A stretch of 62,235 nucleotides of DNA, the filler included, from Sphacelaria rigidula (Eukaryota), in the NCBI GenBank assembly GCA_964200075.2. It is 10 parts of 10 records of this genome, joined end to end, with 100 filler letters (N's around TTAATTAATTAA, not from the genome) between each part and the next. Parts side by side here need not be neighbours in the genome. Positions count along the whole stretch, not along the records: positions 31,172 to 37,304 come from CAXNAA020022013.1; positions 37,405 to 43,537 come from CAXNAA020022014.1; positions 43,638 to 49,770 come from CAXNAA020022015.1; 7 more parts are not named here. The stretch is one strand, 5' to 3'. A program made the position numbers and the translations under genes. Positions 36,166 to 48,990 of the stretch are shown here, piece by piece. The stretch's first letter is position 1. Every line of letters starts with the position of its first letter. A model generated the notes under the pieces. It was not told the DNA's origin. It saw only the letters and a list, made by a program, of their open reading frames with translations, and did not search any database.

Positions 36166-39100
36166 GCCGCGGTTCCCCGTAGTTTAAACAACATCTCCGA
36201 GAAGCTTTCCAATATGATAAGGCGGTTTTGCTACCTGATCTTGGTTTTCCTTGAAACACGTCCCTAAAAAACCGGATTCCCCGACCGCCGTTACCCACGA
36301 TTGAGAAAGCATTCACGGCATGTCTTCCAGCGTGATGATCAAGCAACTTGCAGTTTTCCCATCTGGTTATGATACTTCTAGAGAAAAGTATCGCCCTCTG
36401 CGATGGGTAGTGTTGTAGTACAGAACTGTGGTGGCCTGTGCACTCCATACTTGATTCGCTTACCTAGACCCAACATATTTTTTCGTTGAACACCGGCCTG
36501 ACTGAGTCTCCGTGTCTGGGGCCACCCTGCCGTGGGAAGTACGAACCCGAACATACATACACGCATGAGGTCTTTCAATCAATTGTTGGTGAAAGAAATC
36601 AAGGGAAAATAATGAGTGACGCGATGACGGGTGCGTTCATTGGGATCGCGAAGAAGCTCATTTTTTACCAGACTGAGTTTCAACCCCTCAAGGTCTGCGG
36701 CGAGCGAATCCTCTCGATGCCCTTGAAATCTTGATATATACGCGTTGCATACCAAAAGCAAAATATAAATACGTGAAAATGACCGCGTAGACGTACGGAA
36801 ACTATGTAAGAGGACACGCCTGTCTGGAACACTCTCATAAAATTGGAGCCTCCTCGGAGGCGGCAGGCTAGAATATTTTTGTGGCCAATGCCATGAATGT
36901 GAGGCCATGGGGATATGCATCATTTCAACGACATGCCGCGAATGCGTACGCGTGAAAAAGGTTCCGGCTACTCAACTTCAGGCAGAGTAAGAAGCGTGTA
37001 TGTGGAGGTGCGTTTGAGAGGACCCCGGCGTCCTGGTCGTTGGCGTTCCCTTGGGAAGATGTCCCGGTTGTGGTGTGCTCATGCCCCTCCTTCACCCGTC
37101 TATACACACGGTCTCGAAGGCAGTAATTGTGTTCAGCACATGTACAACGAAAATTGTGTCCAACCAAGGAATTGAAAAGACTCAGTGGCCAGCCGAAAAC
37201 GGTGGTGCAGTACTCAAAAACTCAGCTTGTAGTAATTAACAACAAATTGTGAGAATTGAGGTTTAACTTCGAGATGAGGCTCAAGCCTAAAACAGTGCTT
37301 TCCCNNNNNNNNNNNNNNNNNNNNNNNNNNNNNNNNNNNNNNNNNNNNTTAATTAATTAANNNNNNNNNNNNNNNNNNNNNNNNNNNNNNNNNNNNNNNN
37401 NNNNAAACCCGACTCACTTGAAGCGAATGATCAGAGCCCCCCTCAATCGTATCATCTACTCTAAATCTCACGAAAACACTGTTGTGTTTTCCAGTGGCTG
37501 CATAAATGGGTTAATATTTTGGTTAGACTAGCAATTCCTTGGACAAACGATCAATGTTTAGAAAAAGGTTTGATTATTTGCCACGTTTCGGTGTATGCAT
37601 TTGGCGCTTTTCGGTCACTAGCGAGAAAGATTTCCAATCCCCTTCAAGATCGAAAACTGCGAGCACCGCTATAAACACGCAAAAGTGTTCCGAAATCCCG
37701 CTGGATAATATATAAATCATCCTCAGGTAGTAGAATCCGCCTAACCCTCTTTCCGATCACAAAATATATCGCGAAAGAATGGCAAAACATATTGGGTACT
37801 TTCGCGAGAGTTACACTTTTCAGCATTAACATGGATAGAAAAAGCATTGACTATCGTTAATTTTTGGTTTTTCTGAGCTTTGGCTACGTTGGGGCCCATG
37901 TTTAAAAGTAAGGGGCGAATTTACTCCATGTATGCGGTACTTGTGGGGAAAATTCACCTTCCTTCTTGTAACGTTGCAGAAAACCAAACAGAGCGAGAGG
38001 ATGGATCAAGTACAGTGATGAACCGAGAGATGAAGATATTCCACGGATCTTGCTTAATACTTTGAGAGCTTACCAAAGTAGACAGCTATGGCGACCAGTT
38101 TATTGAGCAAACACAATACCGATTCAATCGATAGGCACCCTGCTGCTTTCTCAGCGCCCCCGTGTGCCCATGTCCGACGTACGTAGGCCACAGTGCATCT
38201 CTGTGATTTGGTTTTCAAATATACCAACGATCCCCTGATGAATTTTCCTCAAGTACGGCGCGGCAACGGGGTCAACCGCACGAGTTTCGCCCTCGTGTTC
38301 GCTCCAGGTTCCTCGCAGGACACAGGAGAACGTAGAAGATTGTACCAGGTTCATAGCTCAGTACTTTCCCTCTCTTATTTCTCCTTGTTGATTATAAGCA
38401 TTTACCTGGACATAACACTTAGAACGGTCCCCAAAGGGCCGTTATGAATGTCTGCCTCCGTCTATGACGACTGGCAGACCACTGTAGCCATGGCTTGGGT
38501 TCCATTACCAACCTCCCTCTACATACTCTGTGTAGGCCGCGTGAGGGATGAGGATGCAGACGACCGGGTGAAACATACGTGCCGGTTGTTCGCTGAATTA
38601 GCGTGCAAGTACCACACTGATATTACGTCCACCAATGAGGATTGCCCGTACGTACACATAGCAACTAGCAGCAGCAGCAGCAGCGCTGGTCCTTTACTCT
38701 CTTTCGACCAAAATCAGAAAAAAAACCTCACCACCTTACAGTCAGTCTCGGGCACGCAACGGGCAAGTAACTCGGAGGCTTTCGACACGTTACCGTGTAC
38801 TATTAATGCGGCAACAACAGTATCTTGACTGGGAGGGAGGGGGGCCGGGGAGGCACTCTGCCATTCAATTTACAAGACAGGGCTCCACATGCAGACCACA
38901 TCCCAAAACGTCGCCTCGCCACTCCAACCACTGTTCGTCCCAGCATAGCAACGAAGTCACGACGGGCACACTTTCCCCCGACGTCCCGTGTGTACTCTGA
39001 CTATGTCACGTTCGCACCTACCCGGGACTTTCCTATATATATGCGCCTGGAATTCTTGAAATTATGTGTTCATACTGATTTCAAGACAACGCGCATAGAA

Positions 39101-40169
39101 GCACATGCTGATATAGAAGACGCGACTACCCCGGGAACCTGTCAGTAACACCCCCCGTTCCACCTTCCCCCCCCCTACCCCGCTCCAAAAATCTTTCATC
39201 ACGACGAAGACAATCCGCGCGAAGACGGAAACATGGACGTACGTAGGCAAGCACCTAATTTTGTCCCACCCAGCACGGCAGTAGTGTAAACTCCGATCTT
39301 GTCCGCCATGAGGTGCTTCATGGCGAACGAGATAACCTTTTCACAGTAGGCTTATTGCCCACCATCGCGTAGCTCGGGCCTATTTACCATCTATTACTGG
39401 CTCCTACGCAACCTCTACAGTTATAATGAATGGGTGCGCGCTGTTCTTAAAAACGCTGTGATCTCGGTGAAAAGACACACATACGCCGCCCCCCCCCAAC
39501 CTAGCTCCGTGTATATTCACCTTCGCCCTACCTTTACTCACGCGGCGCATAGGATTTCAAGGGCATTTTCCGAAAAGCAGCAGGACAGACGTATATGCTT
39601 GCTACCTACAACTGCCTGATCTCCATAGCTGACCACCCCTCTGCGACGACCTCACAGGTGCTGCTTCACCGACTACCGCACTCAAAATTTAGCAGTCGAA
39701 GCACCCCGTTCACCCGTCATGAGCCAACATTAGAAAGGCCGCATCCGCACACGAGTCTGCCTGCCATGCGCGTGCACGGATCGTACTTTGCAGCATTGCC
39801 AAACTGCAACAATGGCGGTATTATATATAGCGAGCGAATCGGGCGTCCGACCGCCCGTCCTTGCTTCTCTTCACCGACTCTCTGAAAACACCCCCCCCGC
39901 CTCATTGAAAGGCACCCATCTGAGCGCCACCTGCTGAAGTGGTGCAAACCCTTGACCTACGCTTGACATATGAGCCAACCTCAATTTTTAAATCTCGTGT
40001 ACACCGATCGACGCAAACGTTTCGTGACTTGGATCTCAACAAGAACGAATGCCTTTGCGATGAAAAGGTCCCAAAATCCTTCACTGGCGGGGGTTGACCG
40101 CGAGCGCCTAGAAATACGAACGCGCAACGCTCGTGACGGCAAAAGTAAAACCTCCCCAAAAGTTGACGA

Positions 40170-40217
40170 GACACAGAGACCGAGAGAGAGACCGAGAGAG
40201 AGAGAGAGAGAGAGAGA
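40170..40217 (+). repeat. (AG)n microsatellite
   Basis: Direct observation. Confidence 0.9.
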
Positions 40218-41237
40218 AATCTCCTGACAGCCGAGCAAGCAAACCCAAGAGCCTGTAGATTGTTCCATATTTTACGGACACTTAGCAAAACAACCCGCAC
40301 CGTGAAAGCGTCACAACCCCTCGCATCCAGAAACAAATGTTCCACGTCAATCAGTAAACCAACAGCGAGCAACGAACTCCCATGCCCTATGCTTTCCATC
40401 TAGGGGCGTACCCACACAAACTCCGTCCCCTTCGTCCGCCCCTGGTTTGCACGGCGAATGTAACTATACTCTGGATCACAGGGCCACCAGTCGGACATAC
40501 ATGCGGCGAAGGGCCGGGCCCACACGTGATTATCACCTTCATTCTTCACCGATGGTCCTCTGATCCGATGACCCCCTTGTTCGTGACTGAGCTCCCTCTC
40601 CAGCATATTTCCCGTTGTCAGCTGTTCAATGCGCAGCCCTTTGTGTAGGCATCAGCGTGACCGGAAATAAGGCGGTTCAATCGGCCCCTATTGCGTGCTA
40701 CGCGAGGGAGTGCTGAGCGGACAGCAGCAAACTGAAGGTGAGCGTAGGCCACTCTTCACCCCCCAACAACGCATCATCGATGCCGGATTTTTTTTCGACA
40801 TATCTGTCCGTGATATCTCACCCGCAGTTTGTCATCCAGCGAATCATGCGACGATGTCTACGATGCTAGAAGGTAAGCGGGGATCCATCCGGCCTAACCC
40901 AAGCCATGGGGCACAAGACCCAAGGGCGGCCGGGGCAAACTACTCGTCTGTACTGGTAAGTACTGAGTCACAATTCCCATACCGACGCCGCAGAAGGGGT
41001 GATTACTGGGCAACCGGATCCCAAAATCCAAGCAACAAAGGCGCCCTTGGGGGGAAAACGAAAAAACACAACGACGAACACCTGCAGGCTGCTGTCATTT
41101 ACCTTACAATTTCTCGTTGATCGATACCTCCGAAGAAATCCATGAAATTCGGCGTACAACAATCCCGCTCGTTGTCGCCGTGCGCTACTGGATATCAGCA
41201 CTTGGATGATTCATCTCGACGTGACACAGTTCTACAT

Positions 41238-42899
41238 TTAGCCGGGAAAATAGCCGCCGGGGACAAACACGGGGGCGTCGGCGTCGAGCGCCGGGTCCGC
41301 ACAAATATCTTGAATGTCCAAGTCGAGCCCAGGATCGGTCAGGAGGCTCAAGTCGACCGCGGCGGGAAGTTTAGGGCTGCGGCGAGGGGTCGAGTACGTA
41401 GATGACGACGTTCCGTAAACCGGGGACGCATTATATTTGCTGTGCATCCCCCCCGCTGTTGGTGTCAATCTCGGCGGCGAAGAATAATCCGCGCAAAACG
41501 GAGAACACGAGGAAGAAACGTCCGCGAGAATGCTCGAAAAGTGCCCCCGACCTTCCCCGTTTCTGGTGGCATCCTCGTCACCGAATGACCCTTGCTCGTG
41601 GAGACCCCCGCCACCCCCGCCATTCCTCAGGTCGTGCAGGACTGCCGTTTCAGTGCCGAACCCATGAAACAGCGCGGCAGGGCTATGCTTCTCGTTGCCG
41701 CCGCTGTCGCCACCGATCTCACTCGATGCCCGGTATGCAGGCGACAAAATGGTCCCGGGAACGTTGTGGACAATCGGGTGGCGTTCCTGCGGCATCGACG
41801 ACCCAGAGAGGTCCAACTTAGCGGTAGACAAAGCTAAGTCGCTCAAATACTGCGGCGAATCTGGTGGTGCAAAGCCGGGCAGGAGAGACGGCAGGGACGG
41901 TATTAGCGGGGGTGTGGCAGTCGCCGATGATATCGCCAGAGGCGACCTCATCAAGGCCCGCCCATCGCCAGCACTGTCGCCACCGGAGCTCCCGCTCCCG
42001 CCATTGCCGCGACCGCGTATTAGCGGAGACGCCGCCGCTTCGTGCGGCGGGGAGAGAGAAGAGCCATTCGGCGGCGCCCAGGGATCCCCCTTATCCGATC
42101 CGACACCGAACGGAAAGTGATTTCCAGGGGCAAGGCCGCGACCGCCACCGCCACTGCCGCCCGTCGAGCTTGGGTTTCCGCCTTCCCAGTGGCGCCCTTG
42201 TTGCTGTTGCTGCTGCTGCCCTCGCTTTGCATGTCCAGGGGCGGTAATACCGGCTTCCCCTTCATGGCCAACGGACAGCGAAGATCTTTGCGGAGAGAAG
42301 CAACCAGGATGGCGGTCGTTCCTGCTACGCGAATGTTGCTGCTGTTGCTGCTGCTGGGGACCTCTAAATCCAGCGTGAGGAACAGCAGTACCAGGTGGTG
42401 GATGATGCAGGTGCAACTCACCGCCACCGCCACCGCCACCACCGCCACCGCCAGCTCCACGCCCCCCCCCTGCCCCTCGTCCCGCCCTCAGATTCCGCTT
42501 GCCACGCCCGCGTGGCGCCCCGGCGATTTCTCCTGCCTCAACGCCGCCTGCGGTCGAACCAACGACGGCGCGCTTCTCCCCGCCACCGCGAGATGCCTGA
42601 CTCGGGCTCCCGCCGGTCGCGTGCCTTCCCGTGGAGTTGAGCGGAGGACTGCGGCTCTGCCCGCCTCCGCCACCACAACCGCGCACCGCTGCGGGGCCTT
42701 CACAATCTCCCCGATTCGCCGCGCCATCCCCCCGGCCTGTGGTAGTGGCTCCACCTCCGCGTGGCGCACCCGAGCCCGAGCGGCCGGCGACGGCGTTTCC
42801 TCGACCGGCGCGGCCACCACGACCGCCACGGCCCGCCCTGGCTCCGCGGCCGCGACCGGAAGGCCCTCCTACTGGCTCGTCGCGGTCTTTCCATAGCTC
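41238..42899 (-). CDS. Terminal exon (~553 aa) of a disordered RG/RGG-, polyQ- and polyG-rich protein ending in a PAM2-like motif
   Basis: Acceptor tgctcaacag (AG at 42901-42900), then an open frame ELWKDRDEPVGGPSGRGRGARAGRGGRGGRAGRG... continuous with the 482-aa ORF. Ends PALDADAPVFVPGGYFPG*. GC-rich coding composition. Confidence 0.75.
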   Translation of the reverse strand, partial: ELWKDRDEPVGGPSGRGRGARAGRGGRGGRAGRGNAVAGRSGSGAPRGGGATTTGRGDGAANRGDCEGPAAVRGCGGGGGQSRSPPLNSTGRHATGGSPSQASRGGGEKRAVVGSTAGGVEAGEIAGAPRGRGKRNLRAGRGAGGGRGAGGGGGGGGGGGELHLHHPPPGTAVPHAGFRGPQQQQQQQHSRSRNDRHPGCFSPQRSSLSVGHEGEAGITAPGHAKRGQQQQQQQGRHWEGGNPSSTGGSGGGGRGLAPGNHFPFGVGSDKGDPWAPPNGSSLSPPHEAAASPLIRGRGNGGSGSSGGDSAGDGRALMRSPLAISSATATPPLIPSLPSLLPGFAPPDSPQYLSDLALSTAKLDLSGSSMPQERHPIVHNVPGTILSPAYRASSEIGGDSGGNEKHSPAALFHGFGTETAVLHDLRNGGGGGGLHEQGSFGDEDATRNGEGRGHFSSILADVSSSCSPFCADYSSPPRLTPTAGGMHSKYNASPVYGTSSSTYSTPRRSPKLPAAVDLSLLTDPGLDLDIQDICADPALDADAPVFVPGGYFPG

Positions 42900-43704
42900 C
42901 TGTTGAGCAGGATGCGGGAATAGGTATGCAGAGGGGCGATCAGAAGGAGAACCGCGGGCGGGGTGGAAAGGGGAGCGGGTTGACTCATGAGCTTACGTGC
43001 CGTAGTCATGAGACCATTGACCGAAGCCGGGACGGAGCACGCCGGGTTATCGCCGGACCAGGCTCTCAATCAATCGCCAAGCGCGAAGCGCCGCGATGTG
43101 TCTCGTGAGTCGCATGAAGGGTGAGAGAGCTACATCCTGCCCAGATTGTTTGACCTAATACGCGCTGATTATCTTGCATATGGATGACAACCCATCATGA
43201 GTTGCTTCATTCTCTGGTATCGCCACTGCCTGAGACAGCCACTGCTTACACACTGCATCATGGGTGTCTCACCAACTCAGCACTACGTAGTATGATCGTC
43301 CTCTTTGAGCGGGATTTGGAGGGAAGGGGATGGGGGTGGGGGTACTTATGATCTCGCATGCCATAGTCAGATGACCATTGGCCTCGCATCCCTACAAAGC
43401 CGGGGCGGGGCACGCCAGGCTTCACCGGACCAGGCTCGGACGGAAGGGGGGGATGTTGAAGTGTACAGGGCGTCAGTGAAAGTTCAATGGCTGTGTTGTT
43501 CGGCGCTGCATCCGCACACGTGGGTGGGGGGGGGGTGNNNNNNNNNNNNNNNNNNNNNNNNNNNNNNNNNNNNNNNNNNNNTTAATTAATTAANNNNNNN
43601 NNNNNNNNNNNNNNNNNNNNNNNNNNNNNNNNNNNNNGCGTGTTACTCACACACCCCCCACCTCTGTGCCAAAACCCCCTCCCCCCCCCAATCCCTCCAC
43701 TTCT

Positions 43705-43739
<35 letters not shown>

Positions 43740-44623
43740 CTTGACAATGGTCTGATGACTATGGCAAGCATGATCATGAGTACACCCCCCCCAACTTGAT
43801 GATCCCGACAAACGCGAAAACCCCGTGATATCTTCGCAGGCGTTATCCACTGCAACTACTTTGCTCTGGGACAGAACTGCCGCGCCTGCTCAGACTCATG
43901 TGCTGAAGATGCCGAGGGGGTCTGGCTCGACCAGTTCGGAATCACCTGCAAGCCTTGCGACGCCATCGTTTAAACGAAATAAGCGGGGATACTGAAACAC
44001 TAATCGACGAGGTACTTACGAACACACAATAAACGAATGAACAAGTTACAGTGCAGAACTTATTCCACTTCGGGAGAGGAAAAGAACAAGAAAAAAAAAA
44101 GACGGATGGAGCGGGAACATGGTAACAATACAGGAAACAAACAGAAAGCAAGATATGCAGACGAAGTATAGAGGTCGGAGAGACTGATAGCGACGGCATT
44201 ATTGTGGTCCAATCGTTCCGTATGGTGCTTGGGGTCTGGTTGTGGGGCAAGGTCCCATGTCTTCGTCGGCTGCTTTCTCGGCAATAATATATTGATGTCA
44301 TCGCCCACAGCGATCATATATATTTACACGTAGATATGCTCAGTCTAACCGGAGGTTCAAGTTCAAGTGGGACGAATGAACAAATAATTCCGTCGTCTTC
44401 GACGGTGTTAACCGAGTGTGAATATTTTCGATATATATGGAATGCTGCGACATGGCGGCGAGGGCGGGAGGGGGGGGGGGGGGCGTGGAGGCTCCGTAGC
44501 TGGGTTGATAGGACTTAAAGTCACATTGGGTAGGAGGATGACTTACGACAACTGNNNNNNNNNNATTTAGATGGTTTGTTGGTCGGGGGGGGTTTTAGTC
44601 TTGTTGTTGTTTTGTGGGTGGGT

Positions 44624-44672
<49 letters not shown>

Positions 44673-47325
44673 CGTGGATGCTCCGTAGCTGGGTTGATGA
44701 GACTTCAAGTCACCTTGAGTAGGAGGATGACTTACTACAACTGAGTTTTCGACGGGGGGGCGCTATTCACTTATTTTCATTCGGTTTCATTTGTTTTCAT
44801 TTGTTTTCATTTGTTTTTCATTCGCTTTTATTTGTTTTCATTTGTTTTCATTGTTGTATATTTTTTCAAGTATATCAGCGGGGAGGTAGGTACGTGTTGG
44901 ATGACGGAGGGTTATTTGATGATTTATTACGTAACATGCTGCTTGGAAATTTTCTTTTCTTTTCTTGGCGGAAAAGCCGTACCTCTGCGCCGGTACTTCT
45001 GATACTTCATGGCTTCCTTGCTACCGTCGTTGTTGTTGTCGACGTTGTCCGTTTTTGGTTGTTCGGTTCTTTGGTTTTTTGGTTTCTCGTGTGTATTCGG
45101 GTCGGGCACCATCCATCGAGCTATGGTCGCAACATCATGCTGAGTGTAGTCTGTGGTGTAATGTAAGTGGCGAGGGGTGGAAAAGAGGGAGGAGGCAAGG
45201 TTGAGCGCGGAACAATATACACCGGTTGCACCCCTGCCTTCTCTCCCCCCTCTACCCCAATTTACTGTAGAACCGTCAGCATGCCCGTTTCGGGAATCTG
45301 ACTCGTATGATCTGGTCGAGAGATTGCTCCTGTGTACCGGCCTTTCTTGTGCGTGTATGTGTATGTGAGGTGTGAGGTGTGAGGTATGAAGGCAACGGAG
45401 GGTATAAGGGAATCAAATGCGGACAATATATACTGGGGGGGGTCCATGTTGCAGTGTTTTTTTGTAGGTGTTGTTGTGTCTGAGGTGATATTTATCCACA
45501 CATACACACACGATACATACTTATTTTCTGTGTATTTCTGCGTAAACATGGTGTTATTGTGTTGCTCGCCGTCAGTTTTGTTTGGCTAGGTTGTTACTCT
45601 CCACTTTCCTCAAAATCTCTGTGTGGGAACGGGCGGAGAGCGCAAGAGGAGGGAGGATGGAGGAGGGGTGGGAAGGGGGGGGGGGGCATCGATTCGTCCT
45701 CCTTTTTGTATACAACACGGCGAAGACATCAGAGTGCACACACATTGTTCACAGAAAAGATAAAGTCTATTCATGGAACACGACTCAACAGCGGATCCAA
45801 ATTTCTGGGGTTCATCTCTAACATGTGGTTCAAGTGGCATACATTTTTTTGCAGGGATGTTACCAAACAGTTACACGAGCGAGACCATCTTCCTCCCAAA
45901 TATCTGCAGCAGTGAAGCAGTTGTGGCTAGGTGCACCAAACGAGTACGGTGTGCACGCGTGTCGACGACGATATCACCAGAGAGAGAAGCAACGGTAGAG
46001 AGGAAGCTCCTCGCCCGTGTCCTTTGTGTGTCCTCGCTCGGCGATTACCAAACGCTCGAGAGACTGGCATCATGCATGTTACCAGCATGTACCCAATTTC
46101 TCATGCGCCGGTAGGCATTTTATATTGCTGCGCACTGTTGTAGCGAAATGATACCAGGCCGTAGGCAGAGGCTACAGCACAGCCCCTCAAAAAACATCGA
46201 GGTGCGGAGGGATGCCGTCTCTTCTTGTCGGTGGAGCTCACCAATGCGAAGATCGATTTTTGGACAGGACGCGCCTTTATGCGCTGCAGAACATGTCGTT
46301 GAAAAACAGGGCAATGTTCCCGTCACCGCTACTGTTCTCTGTCACATACAAGCCAGCAAGACCGGTGCTGTGGCAATAACAGATCCAACTTGAACTTGGG
46401 GGGGTGTCATTCATCGTTGATTTTACCCAACATATGAGCATCTGGGTGCCTGACCACAAGAGCGTGCCACACGCCAATTGGGGGGATATATGAGAGATCA
46501 AACACTTGTGGAGACCTTATTTATGTGCGGAGTGAAAGAAAATACATATGGTGGTGATCTAACTGTTGCGAGCGTGGTGCAGAGGGGTGCCTCCATGCTG
46601 CAGCCTGGAGCACACCCCCGCTGCGTGAACCCCGCGGTACAGCAGCTTTCCAGAATAATTACAAGCTGGGGCAGGACACGACCCCACGAGGAACAAGAGC
46701 GCTCTGTGATCAACCAATTGCCGTTGTATTTGACACCCACGCCATTAACCGCCGACCGCAAAGGTCTTGTGACTTTCAAGCAACGCTGGCGGCAGTACGG
46801 CAGGAAAATTCGATCATAGCTAGCTTTCGTTGCTCTACAATACTGACTGCCGTCTGTACAGAGGTCACCCACCGTAACAACATGCAGCGAATTTCGCAAC
46901 AGCTGTAAAAACTAAACTGTTCGATTTTCTCAACCACATCCACACAATTTAAAGGACGCTAAAGACTTGAGGAAGGGTAGCTTCCCCTTTCCCCTGCCAG
47001 GTATTAGAGGACGACGAGAGAGGTTTTGCAAGCGCATGTAACACTGATGGGGGCACAGAGAGTTTCTCCTCTATGAAAATCTGCGTTTTCCCACCTGCAA
47101 ACCGTTTCATGCGCACTGTTTTCTGATAAGCACGTTGAACCTGTCCATTTCTGTTCAGTTCTGTACTGATTGCCGTATGTCAATCCCAGCAGAGTTCGGT
47201 ATTGCTGTTCGACAGCATCTTCGCACGTTTGGCCGGACCCAAAGCGGCCACTTTCACCACCAACTCAATGATAGCCCCCCCGCGCTCAAAAGTGACTGGT
47301 TTGGGAAGGTAAAATCTGCACGTAG

Positions 47326-47408
47326 ATCGAAATGAAAAACGTCGAGCTCAACGAGCAGCTGGGCATTCCCACGTTTGGGTTTGTTTTCGCCAATGCCGCC
47401 TATATGAG
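47326..47408 (+). CDS. Candidate isolated exon, unknown protein
   Basis: cgtag acceptor and gtgcgt donor; IEMKNVELNEQLGIPTFGFVFANAAYM. No partner exons confirmed. Confidence 0.3.
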
Positions 47409-47768
47409 GTGCGTCGTGCAGCCTGGAACCAAACATCAGGCGCTGTATGACCATTTCTTTCGTAACAGTTTCGGGCTGTTTTTTATTTCGGAGAGTGTAC
47501 TCATGGTCTTGCATGCCATAGTCATATGATCATTGACCTTGCATCCCTACAAAGCCGGGGCGGAGCACGCCGGGTTTTCGCCGGAACANNNNNNNNNNCA
47601 CCAAGCGCGAAGCGCCGTGGTGTGTTCGGCGAGCCGCATGTAGGGTGAGCTGCATCCTGCTGAGGCTGTCCGGCCCGAAGCCTACTGAATATCTTGTATT
47701 GGATAACAAACTCCAATGAGTTGCTTTATTTCGTCTTATCGCCACTTCCAGAGACAGCCACGGCTTAC

Positions 47769-48067
47769 AACAATGTTTTCGTGAGATTGAGAGTAGAGAA
47801 TGCGATTGAGAGTGAAAAACGGTCAATTAATGAATGAATCGTTTCAGTGCCGACATGCCCCTCCACGAGGCCCAATATGCTTTCTGTGGTAGCTTGCCAC
47901 TAAGACCCTTGAATTCCCTAAGTAGGATATCGACTTGTAGCTGTAAGCACACGCCAGTGATGGAGGCAAATAAAGCACACATGGAATGAACAAATGGCTA
48001 AGTTGAAGCGAATGATCAAAGCCGCTCCCAATCAGCGCTCTACTCTCAATCTCACTAAAACGTTGTT
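47769..48067. mobile_element. 299-bp MITE inserted into the abundant repeat
   Basis: TIR aacaatgttttcgtgagattgagagtagag / ctctactctcaatctcactaaaacgttgtt. 4-bp TSD ttac/ttat. The host repeat resumes afterwards (acactgcctcatggg). Confidence 0.78.
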
Positions 48068-48399
48068 TTATACACTGCCTCATGGGTGTCTTACCATTCA
48101 AACAGTACGTAGTACGATCATCCCCATCGTGTGGAGTTGAAGTTCTCCCACGCTGCACAACATGATCGAGCTCGACCGCCATCACGGTTACCGCCAAAAA
48201 AACATGAGTAAGTGTGCAAAACAAATCGGTAACCTGGTTGCCTAGCTTACGCAGAGTGGCGTGTTTTACAGCGCCATCGCCAACCAATGCCAACCCCGTC
48301 GTGGGTCCGCCCCTACGAAGACGGAATGGAGCACACCGGATCCTCGCCGGACCAGGCTTTTTTCTTCGGGGGGAGGGGTATCGTAGAAAGACTCTTTTC

Positions 48400-48990
48400 C
48401 ATCTTGCTTTCGTGAGCATGAATCCTAGGTACATGTTTCCCACCTTCCACTCATACGAGGTGAATCAAGCGTACACGTTTAATATTTTTCGCTCATTGCA
48501 GCATGAATCATTGGCATATATATGCTCCCCACCTTCCATTCATACGAGGCAAATCAAGCCTACGTGTTTCTCATTTTCCGTTCATGCAAGATAAATCATA
48601 CGTTCACGCTCTCCGCTATCCATCCATACGAGGCGAATCATGCGTACTGTACATGTTTATCAATTTCCGTCCATGCAACATGAATCACACGTACATGTTC
48701 CCCACCTTCGATTCATAGGAGATGGATCAAGTGCACTGTAAATATTTCCCACGGATGATTCACACTAGAACTGTGATTCGTACATATTTTGCACTCTTGA
48801 TTCGTCAGACAGTACTTGGAGTGTACACATCCCCAGTTCGTGATTCGTGCGATATGACCCTGGGCGTACTACTTTTCCGTCCGTGATCCATGCCGGATGA
48901 CTCATTGGTACATGATTCGCATTCGGCATTCATGGAGAATCAACCCATCCATATGAACATCTATGAACTCTGATTCGTCCGAACCGTGTA
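48400..48990 (+). repeat. Degenerate tandem array (gtacatgtt.cccaccttccattcatacgaggcgaatca motif)
   Basis: The motif recurs several times with increasing decay. Confidence 0.55.

Noticed and set aside
38535..38648. Possible exon RVRDEDADDRVKHTCRLFAELACKYHTDITSTNEDCP
   Set aside because: The splice sites are plausible, but there is no recognisable family and no confirmed partner exons.
42042..42896. 284-aa plus-strand ORF
   Set aside because: It is the antisense shadow of the GC-rich minus-strand exon.
44480..44745. Direct ~72-bp duplication as possible short LTRs
   Set aside because: The copies flank an N gap and long poly-G, so this is probably an assembly or local duplication. No TG..CA ends or TSD.
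46478..46819. 113-aa ORF and other coding-looking stretches (5575-5668, 14438-15158, 36579-36730, 49990-50157)
   Set aside because: No recognisable motifs and no consistent exon chain could be built.
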